From a virus (taxonomy: Duplodnaviria; Heunggongvirae; Uroviricota; Caudoviricetes), in IMG/VR virus record IMGVR_UViG_3300011242_000001, positions 114,439-178,438 of that record: DNA of 64,000 nt, one strand, 5' to 3'. How positions within the stretch are numbered: position 1 is the stretch's first letter; the number at the start of each line of letters is the position of its first letter. The notes beneath the pieces were generated by a model that made no database searches, was not told the DNA's origin, and saw only the letters and a program-made list of their open reading frames with translations. This document shows, piece by piece, positions 18,435 to 28,677 of this stretch. Position numbers and translations under genes: made by a program.

Positions 18435-20186
18435 ATGAGTTCAGTTAATAGCTTAGAATATAATGATATTCGTAATAGTATCATTAACTTTTTAAGACAA
18501 GATCCATATTTTAAAGATTTTAATTTTGATGCATCTAACTTTAGCCGTTTAATAAACATATTAGCATATTCTAGTATGTATAATGGCTATTATATGAAAA
18601 TGCTATTAGATGAATCTATGCCCGATTCCGCTCGTACTAAAACAGCATTAATCGGACATGCGAATAGCCGTAACTATTTGACTAAATTTATTACATCATC
18701 TAAATCTATTATTAATTTATCAGTAAAAGCTGATGACATTAATATCGATGAAGTGCCTTATATTCAAATTCCAAAAGGTCAACAATTCAAAGGTGTAAAT
18801 CGTGATAATAAATCTATTTATTTCATGGCACCTTATGATATTACACTTTTATATAATGAGGAAACTAAAACATATGAAGGCGAAGAATTTTTATTGATCC
18901 AAGGCCAATACCGTACATTTACATATAATGTGCTAGATCCATTCAAGAAATATCAAATTAATGATAATTTTTGTGATGATACTACAATTACAGTTCGTGT
19001 TAAATCAAATAAGAATGCAACTATATCAACTGAATATATTCGTAATTATGATTTTTATGATGTAAAAGCTGAAGATCTTTGTTATTATATTACAGCATCA
19101 ACTAATAATATATACCAGGTGCATTTTGGTCATAATATTTTTGGCCGTGAACCTCGACCTGGTGAAGTAGTAGAAATTACTTATATCAAAACCGATGGTA
19201 CTTCTGCAAATGATACTTCTAATTTTGATATCGTCTTGGCTAAAAAATCTGACACAGAACCAACCAATATTAATTATTATAAGTTGGCAGATATAACTCT
19301 TAAAACAGTTGAAGCTTCTTCTGGTGGACTTGATGGGGAAAGTATTGATGAATTAAGATTCGGTATTCTTAACCATACACGTCAACGTGGACGCGCTATT
19401 ACCCCGGATGATATTAAATCAGTTATTTTGGCTGATTTCCGTGATATCGAAAGTATTAATGTATGGTCGGGCGGTAATTCAAAAAATAAACAATATGGTA
19501 AAACGTATATTAGTATTAAACCAAAAACAGGTGAACTTTTAACTCATGCAGCAAAAAAAGTTATTACTGATTTAATGGTTAATAGATATGGTATTATGTC
19601 AAAGACTGACTTAATATTTATTGATCCTAACTTTACAGATATTATTCTAAATGTAAAATATAGAATCGATCGATCAATGACTTCTATTAATTCAACATCA
19701 GTAAAAGCGGCTATTGAATCAGCTATTGTAGCTTTTAATAAAGAAATATTATCTAAATTTGATGCTCATTATTATGAAAGTGATTTATTGACATATATTC
19801 GCAACGCCGTACCAGCATTATCAAATATTTTTTCAACAAAATTATTGCAAAAAACGTTGATATTAAATTATAGCAGTGGTCGATTCCAGGTAGATTTTGG
19901 TAACCCTTTAAGAGGTATTACTAGCTCGTCATTTGCTTATGGTAATTTAACATGCGTAATAGAATATAGAAATAATAATATGGTAGTAGTAAATACCGAA
20001 AATAATGAATCTATTGCTAGTATTGGCAGTGCTGATTTATCTAAAGGCACTATTGATATCATTATTCCTCAATATGTTTCAACTGAAATATTAAATATTA
20101 TTGCAGAGCCATTATATCCAGATATTAATACATTAGAAGATAATATTGTGCGTATTAAATCAATGACTATTACTGAAGCTGTATAA
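18435..20186 (+). CDS. gp6: baseplate wedge subunit (gp6-like)
   Basis: FKDFNFDASN.S.LINILAY, ESM.DSA, SSGG.DGESIDELR, QRGRAITPDD. Confidence 0.92.
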   Translation: MSSVNSLEYNDIRNSIINFLRQDPYFKDFNFDASNFSRLINILAYSSMYNGYYMKMLLDESMPDSARTKTALIGHANSRNYLTKFITSSKSIINLSVKADDINIDEVPYIQIPKGQQFKGVNRDNKSIYFMAPYDITLLYNEETKTYEGEEFLLIQGQYRTFTYNVLDPFKKYQINDNFCDDTTITVRVKSNKNATISTEYIRNYDFYDVKAEDLCYYITASTNNIYQVHFGHNIFGREPRPGEVVEITYIKTDGTSANDTSNFDIVLAKKSDTEPTNINYYKLADITLKTVEASSGGLDGESIDELRFGILNHTRQRGRAITPDDIKSVILADFRDIESINVWSGGNSKNKQYGKTYISIKPKTGELLTHAAKKVITDLMVNRYGIMSKTDLIFIDPNFTDIILNVKYRIDRSMTSINSTSVKAAIESAIVAFNKEILSKFDAHYYESDLLTYIRNAVPALSNIFSTKLLQKTLILNYSSGRFQVDFGNPLRGITSSSFAYGNLTCVIEYRNNNMVVVNTENNESIASIGSADLSKGTIDIIIPQYVSTEILNIIAEPLYPDINTLEDNIVRIKSMTITEAV

Positions 20187-20197
20187 GGATAATTTAA

Positions 20198-21526
20198 ATG
20201 ACTCCAGAGTTTGCTTATAATAGGTTACCCGAAGATGTAACCATAAATTATCCTGAATTTACAAAATTTATTCAGTTATATTATCTATGGGGTCAACAAC
20301 ATGGCTATGACTCTATTATAAATAATAATCGATCTTTATTATATCAACAAGTTTATAATAAAGAATATGAAGAACGAGTAATTAAAAATTTAGGTATTGA
20401 TATATCGATTATTAAAGATTCTCCTATTAAAACGGAAATGCTTTATAAATTAGTAAATGAATTTTTAGAAACACGTGGTACTGCAACGGCATTTGAAATT
20501 TTATTCAGAATGATGTTTAATCAACAAACATCAATCACTTATTCGCGTGATTCGCTTTTCAAAACTAGTGCAGCGACGTATTTACGCACGTCAGTTATTC
20601 TTATCAGTGGTCTTTACCCGCTAAGCCAGTATTCAAAGATTCGTGGTATGCGAAGTAATACTACTGCAAATATTGAATCATTTATCCCATATTATATCAA
20701 TAATACACGATATTATATTATTGAATGTAATAATATATATGACCAATTTATTGTAGGTGAACCGCTAGAAATAACTAATTTAAATTATACCTACAATGAA
20801 ATGCATATTCCATTGATTCATCTTGATATTGTTAATCCTGGTATATTATATAAGAAAGGTGATATTTTAATACCTTCAAATAACTTATTCAACGGTACAT
20901 TTATTGTTAAATCTGTGTCAAAAGGTACTATTGACAGCATTGAAATTATTAATGGCGGTACTGATTATAAAGTTGGTGATAAAATTTTAACCGTACCAGC
21001 AAGTCATTTTGACGCATTTGTATCGGGTGTATCTGGCACCGGTACTATTACTTCTGTTAAAATCAGAAATAAAGGCTATAACTTTGAAGATATACCTGAC
21101 TATAAAATTAATACTATAGATGGTAAAGACGCAATATTAAAATTAAAAACTACAACCATTGGTAATATTAAAGAGATTGATATCACACCAGGTAGTATAA
21201 TTTATGATATTCGCGCAATTAATTATTATATTGATAGTAAAAATGGCACCGGCTTGCAAGTTAAAAATAAATTGGCTTCTTGTTATTATGCAGCAAAGTA
21301 TGTCGATACAGTAGGTATGCTATCTTATAATAGCACAATACTTAATAGTGAAAATAAACATACGCATTCTTATAATATTACGTCAAGTGTTCCAGCCGTT
21401 AAATATAGCAATATAGTAGATAAATATGCCAATCCATCAGGCTATTCTTATAATAAAATCTACTCAAAAGAAAATAAAATAACAATACCACATATCGAGG
21501 TTGACGGTGAACTTATTAGAAAATGA
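20198..21526 (+). CDS. baseplate wedge protein (gp7-like)
   Basis: YPEF.KFI.LYY, TRGTA.AFEILFRMMFN, repeated IINGG.DY; position after gp6. Confidence 0.65.
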   Translation: MTPEFAYNRLPEDVTINYPEFTKFIQLYYLWGQQHGYDSIINNNRSLLYQQVYNKEYEERVIKNLGIDISIIKDSPIKTEMLYKLVNEFLETRGTATAFEILFRMMFNQQTSITYSRDSLFKTSAATYLRTSVILISGLYPLSQYSKIRGMRSNTTANIESFIPYYINNTRYYIIECNNIYDQFIVGEPLEITNLNYTYNEMHIPLIHLDIVNPGILYKKGDILIPSNNLFNGTFIVKSVSKGTIDSIEIINGGTDYKVGDKILTVPASHFDAFVSGVSGTGTITSVKIRNKGYNFEDIPDYKINTIDGKDAILKLKTTTIGNIKEIDITPGSIIYDIRAINYYIDSKNGTGLQVKNKLASCYYAAKYVDTVGMLSYNSTILNSENKHTHSYNITSSVPAVKYSNIVDKYANPSGYSYNKIYSKENKITIPHIEVDGELIRK

Positions 21527-22601
21527 TATTACAAATATTTTAATTCAGAATTATGATATATCCATTGGTCATACTAGCTCAATTGCCGATATGGATATCC
21601 ATGCTTTAAATGAAGGTATTGTTGCAACAAATACATTAAGAGCGAATAATATTACTCATTGTACAATCATTCCAGAATGGAAAGAATCATTAATATATTC
21701 GCCAAATACATTTTGGCGACACCAAAATAAAATTTATGTATTATTATATTCACCTGGTAGTGTATCCGTATTCCCTCCCACAGGATCAATCAGGTCTAAT
21801 ATGATCCTAGATGATAACCATGTTTGGAAATACATTTGCGATGTTGATTATGTGGCATCAAATGACTATGTTGTACCCAAGCATATTACTGAAATTGTAA
21901 AGCGCGGTACTGTGTCATCAGTTAATATTATTAAAAATTCTAATCATAAATTAGAAACTTATACCGGTTTTTATGCCCAAAATAATTATTTGAGTGGTCA
22001 AAATATAGTCTTTGTTGTAGAAAATGATCAAAATACATTCTTAATTTCAGATATTCTTATCCAAGATGGTGGCGGCAATTATAAAAAAGATGATATATTT
22101 GTTTTAACCGATAAAAATCATAAGGTAGAAGATGCTGCAACTATTAATCTATATGTTGAAAATGGCAGTGTAAAGCTTGCTGATTTTACAAACGGCCAAA
22201 ATTATGAGTACCTGGATATTCTTATTATAGGCGATGGGGAAGGTGCACAAGCTACTTATACAGCAGTCGCCGGCGTATTAACAAACGTTAGTATTTCTAA
22301 TGGTGGTACTGGATATACGTGGGCAAAAGCTATTATCTTAAATTCAGAACGGTATGTGATTGGTAATATTAATATTGAGCCATTAAATGGATATAACTCT
22401 GATTTAATCAGACATATTGGTCCCAATAAATATATTATAACAACTACATTTAAACTTGACAAAGAAATTAATTATTACGGAATACACCGCAAAAAGAGCG
22501 CGGATAATAAATTTGTATTTTTTGATAATATATATATTATTGATGAATTTGTTCCTGAATCAGACGAAGAAGTTACAGTCAAGCTATTACTAGGAAATTA
22601 A
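21501..22601 (+). CDS. baseplate wedge protein (gp8-like)
   Basis: S.FPPTG...DDNHVWKY, GDGEGA, ISNGGTGYT; position. Confidence 0.65.
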   Translation: MTVNLLENDITNILIQNYDISIGHTSSIADMDIHALNEGIVATNTLRANNITHCTIIPEWKESLIYSPNTFWRHQNKIYVLLYSPGSVSVFPPTGSIRSNMILDDNHVWKYICDVDYVASNDYVVPKHITEIVKRGTVSSVNIIKNSNHKLETYTGFYAQNNYLSGQNIVFVVENDQNTFLISDILIQDGGGNYKKDDIFVLTDKNHKVEDAATINLYVENGSVKLADFTNGQNYEYLDILIIGDGEGAQATYTAVAGVLTNVSISNGGTGYTWAKAIILNSERYVIGNINIEPLNGYNSDLIRHIGPNKYIITTTFKLDKEINYYGIHRKKSADNKFVFFDNIYIIDEFVPESDEEVTVKLLLGN

Positions 22602-22603
22602 GA

Positions 22604-25600
22604 ATGGAATTTAATAACGCGCCATATCATGACGACTTTGATGAAGATAAAAATCATTATAGCGTATTATTTAAGGCTGGCTACGACGTTCAAGCAAGAG
22701 AACTGAACGTCTTACAATCAATGAAACAATTTCAAATTGGGTCATTAGGTAATCATTTATTCAAAAATGGCGCCAAAATTTCAGGTTGTTCTAATTCATT
22801 CATTCAATACGATTATGTACGTATTAATGATATTGAAAATAAAATAAAATCATTTAATAATACAATATTTAAATTGGTAGGATTAACTTCAAAAGTTGAA
22901 GCTACTATTATTGAAGCATATGAACAAAGTCAAGATGATGATGCACTACTTTTAGTAATGTATACTAAAACAGGTGATAATCAAGAATCAGTATTTCTTC
23001 CTGGCGAAAGTATTGAAATTTATAAAGATGATATTTTACAATATACTGTTAGTGCTAAATTACCTGATAGTCAGCCGACAGATGCGTCTGTACCTGTTAC
23101 CGGCAAATCACTCTTATTTGTGATGGATGAAGGTGTTTTCTTTTATAACAATTATTTTGTTCGTGTACATAAACAGTCTCTATTAGTTGAACGATATCTT
23201 AATAAAGATGAAAACGGTAATATTATCTCAGATGACGCATATCGTATTGGATTTGATATTGTCGAAGATATTATTACGGCTGACGAAGATAAATCATTAT
23301 TAGATCCTCATTTTGGTGCTCCTAACTTTGGTGCACCTGGCGCAGACCGTTATAAGATTAGTTTATATCTATCTATTCGTGATTATGTAGATGATGGTAC
23401 AACAACAAATTTTATTCTTATTGCCAAAGTCCGTCAAAATCATACAGTTGAATATAAAAAAGACGATACTGAATATAATGAAATAATGAAAGAAATTGCT
23501 AGACGTACTTATGAAACGTATGGTGATTTTACATTAGTACCTTGGAAAGCTCACTTCTTAAATGAAAAGAAATCTTTCGAAACAGATACTACAGGATGGT
23601 CATTAAATGGTGATCCAAATAAATATGTTGCTATTGTTTCACCTGGTACAGGATATATTAAAGGTCATCGTATTGCAACACAATCAGATATAGTTGTACG
23701 AGGTAGACTTGCTAAAGATGTTGGTACATTATCCAACCTAAGCACAAATATCAATGAGCCAAAAAGCGTAATTGTTACCAGCAATACAGTTGTTGATTGG
23801 GGTGTTGACTCTAATTTTAAAGCAACTTTACATAATTCAAATGATGCAATTGTTGGTACATTGAATATTTATGACATTTATAAATTAAGCGATACACAAT
23901 ATAAAGTTTTCTTTTATAATGTTGTACGTAATGGAAATGCTAAATTAGAATCAGCCGTTAAAATTAAATTACAAAATGGTTCATTTATTGGCACATGCCC
24001 AATTAATAGCTTTACCAATGCAATAAGTTATGAATCTTCATTATTGATCCCAACGGGTTTAAAAAATATTGTTGGCATTAGTAATGTGAGTATGAAAGTT
24101 AGAAGTAAATTTAGTGCAGTGTTAGATTCATCTGGATCATATACATTTAATGCACAAGGCGATTCAACATTCGTGCAAGATAATTATGCCATTGCATGGG
24201 TAAATAATTCTGGTACTAAATCTAATATTGCATTGTCAAATATTAATATAACTAATGATACAATTAGTGTGTCATTAGGTGCATCTTATGCTGGCGCTAC
24301 TTTTACTTTAATCACCACTGTTAATAAAGTTAATATTCCAAACAGAACTAAAACAAAGACATTAAAAGATGAAAGCATTAATGGTGGCACTGCTGTAAGT
24401 AAAGCAGGATGGTCATATAAATTAAAGTATGATGTAATTAAGCTTGAATCTGTTACAATATCATTTGGTGATGGTACTCCTGAAATTGATATTACTAAAG
24501 AATATTCTTTAGAAAAAAATAAAGGTGATAACTATTATGGTGAATCAATTATTCGTCGTAATACCTATAGAAATATTAATCCTGACGATGTAATTAAAAT
24601 TACATATAGCTATTTCTTACATAGTGCAGAAGGTGAATATTTTAATATCAATTCATATAATGAAGATGATCTATCAGAAATTCCTTTATATAATGGTTTA
24701 AATGCTTCTGATTACTTTGATTTTCGTACAGATGCTACTGATATTAATAAGTCATATTTTAAAAATATACCGGTATGTAATACAAGTATCACTTTTGATG
24801 CTCAATATTATATGTCGCGTACAGACTTATTATTAGTTAATACAAAAGGTGATTTTTATATTAAAGAAGGTATTCCTTCTCGAACAGCTAAAATACCTAA
24901 AGTTGATGAAGATAGCTTGGCAATATGTGCAATATTTTTAGAATCTATGGGCACAGCAGAAGATATTAAAATTCAATTTTATGATAATAAATCTTATCAA
25001 AGTAAAGAATTAAATCGTGTTGCTGAACGTATTAATAAGATTGAAGATGCTGTTACTTTATCTATGCTGGAAATGCAAACTGTTAATATGTCAATTAAAG
25101 ACAGTAATGGTATGGATCGTTATAAAAATGGTTTTCTAGTAGATAATTTTAAATCATTTAGCGCATCAGATATTAATCACGCAGAATATAATGCAGCAAT
25201 TGATACTAAAAACGGTGAATTGAGACCTCAATTTAGACAAAGCAATATTAAAATGTTACTTGATTCTGCTAAAACCGTAAATATGAAAATTAAAAATGGC
25301 ATGGCTATTAAAGAATATAGCGATGACTTATTTATTCAAAATCCATATGCAACACAATCTGTATCTATTAACCCATATTTTATATTCTGTAATACGGGCA
25401 AAGTTGTATTGTCTCCAAATATTGACACATGGGCAGATGATACACATTTACCAAATGTCGCAACTACAATTGATGCCGGAGTCGAAGCACTAACAAAAGT
25501 TGCTGATGCTGCTAAGTTGCTTGGTACAAATTATGGTAGCTGGACCGATCTTAATACTTCAATTGTACAATCTACAAATACAGTTGATAAAGTAAGTTCA

Positions 25601-28600
25601 ACTACTGCACAAAAAGTATTAAATTCTGGCACCGACGGTAAAACAGTTCAAGATATAAAAACGACTACTACTGTCACTACAACAGAAAAGATTAAATCAA
25701 CAACTGTAAATAGTCAGCGCGATGTAAAATCGGTGGAAATTAAATCTAGTATGAAAGCTTATACCATTGAAGATATGGTAAAAGATGTTAGCTTTGTGCC
25801 ATATATTAGATCTAAAACTGTTCAATTTTATGCTAGTAAACTTAAGCCAAATACTCAAGTATATGCTTATTTTGATGGTATCAATGTAACTCAACATTGC
25901 CGACCAATCGCACAAATTGATCCCAAATCAGATAATGTTTTAGTTAATCGTAATGCATCTATGTTTGGTACTGCAACTCTTGTTTCTGATAAAGATGGTA
26001 ATTTAGTTGGGGAATTCCGTATCCCAGCTGCAACATTCTTTACTGGTGAAAAGAAATTTGTTCTTACAAATGACCCACAAAATAGCGGTAATCCAGATAT
26101 TGAAACAACAAGATGCGAAACTTCATATTTCGCTGGCGGTGTTTCTCAAACTAAACAGTCTTCTACATTAAACGTTATTACTCCTACATATAGTTCAACC
26201 AATGATAAAGAAAATAAGTCTACAACATCGGTTAGCCGGGACGTGACAACTTCTACTAAAACTATCACAACCGAGTCTGAAGCTTATTTTATTGAACGTG
26301 AATATACAATAAACGAAGTAAAAGAATATTTTGAAGCAAATCATCCATTATTATCAAATAATTGTAAGGTTAAATCAATTAATCCACATTTTGGTGGTAT
26401 TACATGGGGGGGTAGTGCATCAAGTAGTATACAAAGTGATTTTAATTATGCCAAAATTTTAGCTATTAAAGAACGAGTAGAAGATATCGAAATACTTATT
26501 AACCAATTTGATTCAGCTCGACGTATACAAGCAGATTGGTTTAATTATTCCAACTTACCACCCAAAGAAGCATTCGCTCGTATTAAAGGTGCCTTTGAAA
26601 AAGAAAACGCATCTTGTAAAATTGCCGGTGATAGATGGTATAATAGTATAGAATATCAAAGCTATCTTAAGGAATATAGTAAAGAAAAAGAAGAGGCATT
26701 AATTGCTCGTAATAAAAATGCAGGCTGGACCCGTGTAAATTGGAACGGCGGCTGGTTCCGTGCAATTAATGACCCTGTTGCACAAGGTTTTAAAGTAGAT
26801 GATTCATGCTTTATTTCTAAAGTTGATGTATTCTTTGAATTTGTAGATGACAAATCAGAAATGATATGGTTTGAAATTCGCGAGTTGGTAAATGGATATC
26901 CAGCTGGCCCAAGTGAAGCAATTGGTCGTGTCGAAATAAGTGGGGCCGACCTTAAAAAATATGAAGATAAAACTGGTAATACATCATATCCTGTAGAATT
27001 TGAAGTTCCACTTTATGTAGATGCTAGCAAATCATATGCATTTATTGTAGGCGGATATTCTCCAGAAACGCGCGTATTTATGTCTAAGCTCGGTGCTAAA
27101 TTAATAAACTCTAATTCTATTTTAGAGCAGCCTCCTTTACCGTATACTATGTTCCGTTCTTTAAACGGTGAAACTTGGAATGCTGAACAATTTGACACAA
27201 TGAAAATTAATATTTATCGTTGTGTATTTGATATGTCGCCAAGTAGTATATCATTCTATACCGATAGCCATGATACCACTAATCTTAAATGCCAATTTCA
27301 ACCTATTGAAATACAAAAAGGTAGTAACAAAGTTCGTATATATGCAAATAATCATAATTTAAGAGCAAATGATCGGGTAACTTTAAACTTTAACTCTGGT
27401 TTATATTTCCAGATTGAAGTTACTAATGGTGGTATTCCACAAATTGGTCAACCAATCTCTACATTAACTGGATCAGGTTATATACATGATGTAAAATCAA
27501 CTCCATCATTAAATGTATATGATGTAAATGTTGAAAAAATGGTTGGCGTTTTTAAGAAGGGGCAAGAATTTACTTGTCAAACTCGTAATTATGAATATCG
27601 TGACCTTGTGTCTGCATCAGCAAGTGGCGTTCCAGCAGGTGTTCCTATTGTACAAAATATCGTATTAGGTAATGTTAAAAATATTTCTGATGCGTTAGAA
27701 ATTGATTTGGCAGGCGCATCTTTAGATTTATTTGCAAAAGAACATATTGTAAGAGCAGTTGATACCATCGATAGCTTTATTATTGAAGTAGAAAGCCCAT
27801 TTACTTCATCCGGTCGATTTGGTGGTGAAAATATTTATATCCACGGTAATAATATTAAAGTTGATGTATTCAATGTGAGTGGCCAATATTTAGCATATAA
27901 TAGTAAAGAAGTATGGAATGCAGTTACTCATTCATTTGATGACACAGTTATTCCAGATGTACCATTCTTGCCAATGCATGACGTTGAATTAAGTAATCCT
28001 AGTGTAGTATTATCAAATCGTAATGAATCTCGTGTTATGGGTAAAGGTAATAGTAGCTTTAATGTAGTGGCGAGCTTTACTCCAATTAATCCGTACTTAA
28101 GCCCGGTGATTAATACAGATTCGTTCTCAGTAACTGCCATTAGCAACCGTATCGACTTTATAACTGATACTGTATATAATGTTGAGCCAAATGCAAAAGA
28201 TCGCTATATAAGCGAAACAGACGCATCCAGAGGCGCACAACCATATAAGCATATTACTAATAAAGTATTATTAGAAAATCCGGCCCATGATATGCGAGTT
28301 ATATTTGATGTGCATTTACCGAGCCAAACAGATTTTGAAGTATACGTTAAAGTATCAAAACCAGGTGAAACAGCGGCAGAAAAAGACTTAAGCTGGATAA
28401 AAATTGATAATTATACTAAGAAAAATACAAGTAATAATAAAGGCGATTATATTACATATGATTTAACTTTATCTAAAAACTGTACTGTATGGACTGGTAA
28501 TATTGAGTATATTACATACCGAGTAAAATTAGTAGGTAAATCTAAAAACTCAAGCCTCCCGGTGATATTCAAAAATCTACGAGCGATTGCAGTAACATAA
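22604..28600 (+). CDS. large virion structural protein (DUF4815/VrlC-like), paralogue A
   Basis: PYHDDFD...VQARELN..QS, APGADRYKI, RYKNGFLVDNF, DPVAQGF, terminal NLRAIAVT. Confidence 0.85.
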   Translation: MEFNNAPYHDDFDEDKNHYSVLFKAGYDVQARELNVLQSMKQFQIGSLGNHLFKNGAKISGCSNSFIQYDYVRINDIENKIKSFNNTIFKLVGLTSKVEATIIEAYEQSQDDDALLLVMYTKTGDNQESVFLPGESIEIYKDDILQYTVSAKLPDSQPTDASVPVTGKSLLFVMDEGVFFYNNYFVRVHKQSLLVERYLNKDENGNIISDDAYRIGFDIVEDIITADEDKSLLDPHFGAPNFGAPGADRYKISLYLSIRDYVDDGTTTNFILIAKVRQNHTVEYKKDDTEYNEIMKEIARRTYETYGDFTLVPWKAHFLNEKKSFETDTTGWSLNGDPNKYVAIVSPGTGYIKGHRIATQSDIVVRGRLAKDVGTLSNLSTNINEPKSVIVTSNTVVDWGVDSNFKATLHNSNDAIVGTLNIYDIYKLSDTQYKVFFYNVVRNGNAKLESAVKIKLQNGSFIGTCPINSFTNAISYESSLLIPTGLKNIVGISNVSMKVRSKFSAVLDSSGSYTFNAQGDSTFVQDNYAIAWVNNSGTKSNIALSNINITNDTISVSLGASYAGATFTLITTVNKVNIPNRTKTKTLKDESINGGTAVSKAGWSYKLKYDVIKLESVTISFGDGTPEIDITKEYSLEKNKGDNYYGESIIRRNTYRNINPDDVIKITYSYFLHSAEGEYFNINSYNEDDLSEIPLYNGLNASDYFDFRTDATDINKSYFKNIPVCNTSITFDAQYYMSRTDLLLVNTKGDFYIKEGIPSRTAKIPKVDEDSLAICAIFLESMGTAEDIKIQFYDNKSYQSKELNRVAERINKIEDAVTLSMLEMQTVNMSIKDSNGMDRYKNGFLVDNFKSFSASDINHAEYNAAIDTKNGELRPQFRQSNIKMLLDSAKTVNMKIKNGMAIKEYSDDLFIQNPYATQSVSINPYFIFCNTGKVVLSPNIDTWADDTHLPNVATTIDAGVEALTKVADAAKLLGTNYGSWTDLNTSIVQSTNTVDKVSSTTAQKVLNSGTDGKTVQDIKTTTTVTTTEKIKSTTVNSQRDVKSVEIKSSMKAYTIEDMVKDVSFVPYIRSKTVQFYASKLKPNTQVYAYFDGINVTQHCRPIAQIDPKSDNVLVNRNASMFGTATLVSDKDGNLVGEFRIPAATFFTGEKKFVLTNDPQNSGNPDIETTRCETSYFAGGVSQTKQSSTLNVITPTYSSTNDKENKSTTSVSRDVTTSTKTITTESEAYFIEREYTINEVKEYFEANHPLLSNNCKVKSINPHFGGITWGGSASSSIQSDFNYAKILAIKERVEDIEILINQFDSARRIQADWFNYSNLPPKEAFARIKGAFEKENASCKIAGDRWYNSIEYQSYLKEYSKEKEEALIARNKNAGWTRVNWNGGWFRAINDPVAQGFKVDDSCFISKVDVFFEFVDDKSEMIWFEIRELVNGYPAGPSEAIGRVEISGADLKKYEDKTGNTSYPVEFEVPLYVDASKSYAFIVGGYSPETRVFMSKLGAKLINSNSILEQPPLPYTMFRSLNGETWNAEQFDTMKINIYRCVFDMSPSSISFYTDSHDTTNLKCQFQPIEIQKGSNKVRIYANNHNLRANDRVTLNFNSGLYFQIEVTNGGIPQIGQPISTLTGSGYIHDVKSTPSLNVYDVNVEKMVGVFKKGQEFTCQTRNYEYRDLVSASASGVPAGVPIVQNIVLGNVKNISDALEIDLAGASLDLFAKEHIVRAVDTIDSFIIEVESPFTSSGRFGGENIYIHGNNIKVDVFNVSGQYLAYNSKEVWNAVTHSFDDTVIPDVPFLPMHDVELSNPSVVLSNRNESRVMGKGNSSFNVVASFTPINPYLSPVINTDSFSVTAISNRIDFITDTVYNVEPNAKDRYISETDASRGAQPYKHITNKVLLENPAHDMRVIFDVHLPSQTDFEVYVKVSKPGETAAEKDLSWIKIDNYTKKNTSNNKGDYITYDLTLSKNCTVWTGNIEYITYRVKLVGKSKNSSLPVIFKNLRAIAVT

Positions 28601-28602
28601 GA

Positions 28603-28630
28603 ATATGGACCTTAGGGTCCATATTTTTTT
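28603..28630 (+). terminator. terminator followed by late promoter TATAAATA (28632..28639)
   Basis: ATATGGACC-TTAG-GGTCCATAT plus T run. Confidence 0.85.
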
Positions 28631-28677
28631 ATATAAATATAAGTAGTCATATAAAAATAATTAGGCACGGAAATAGA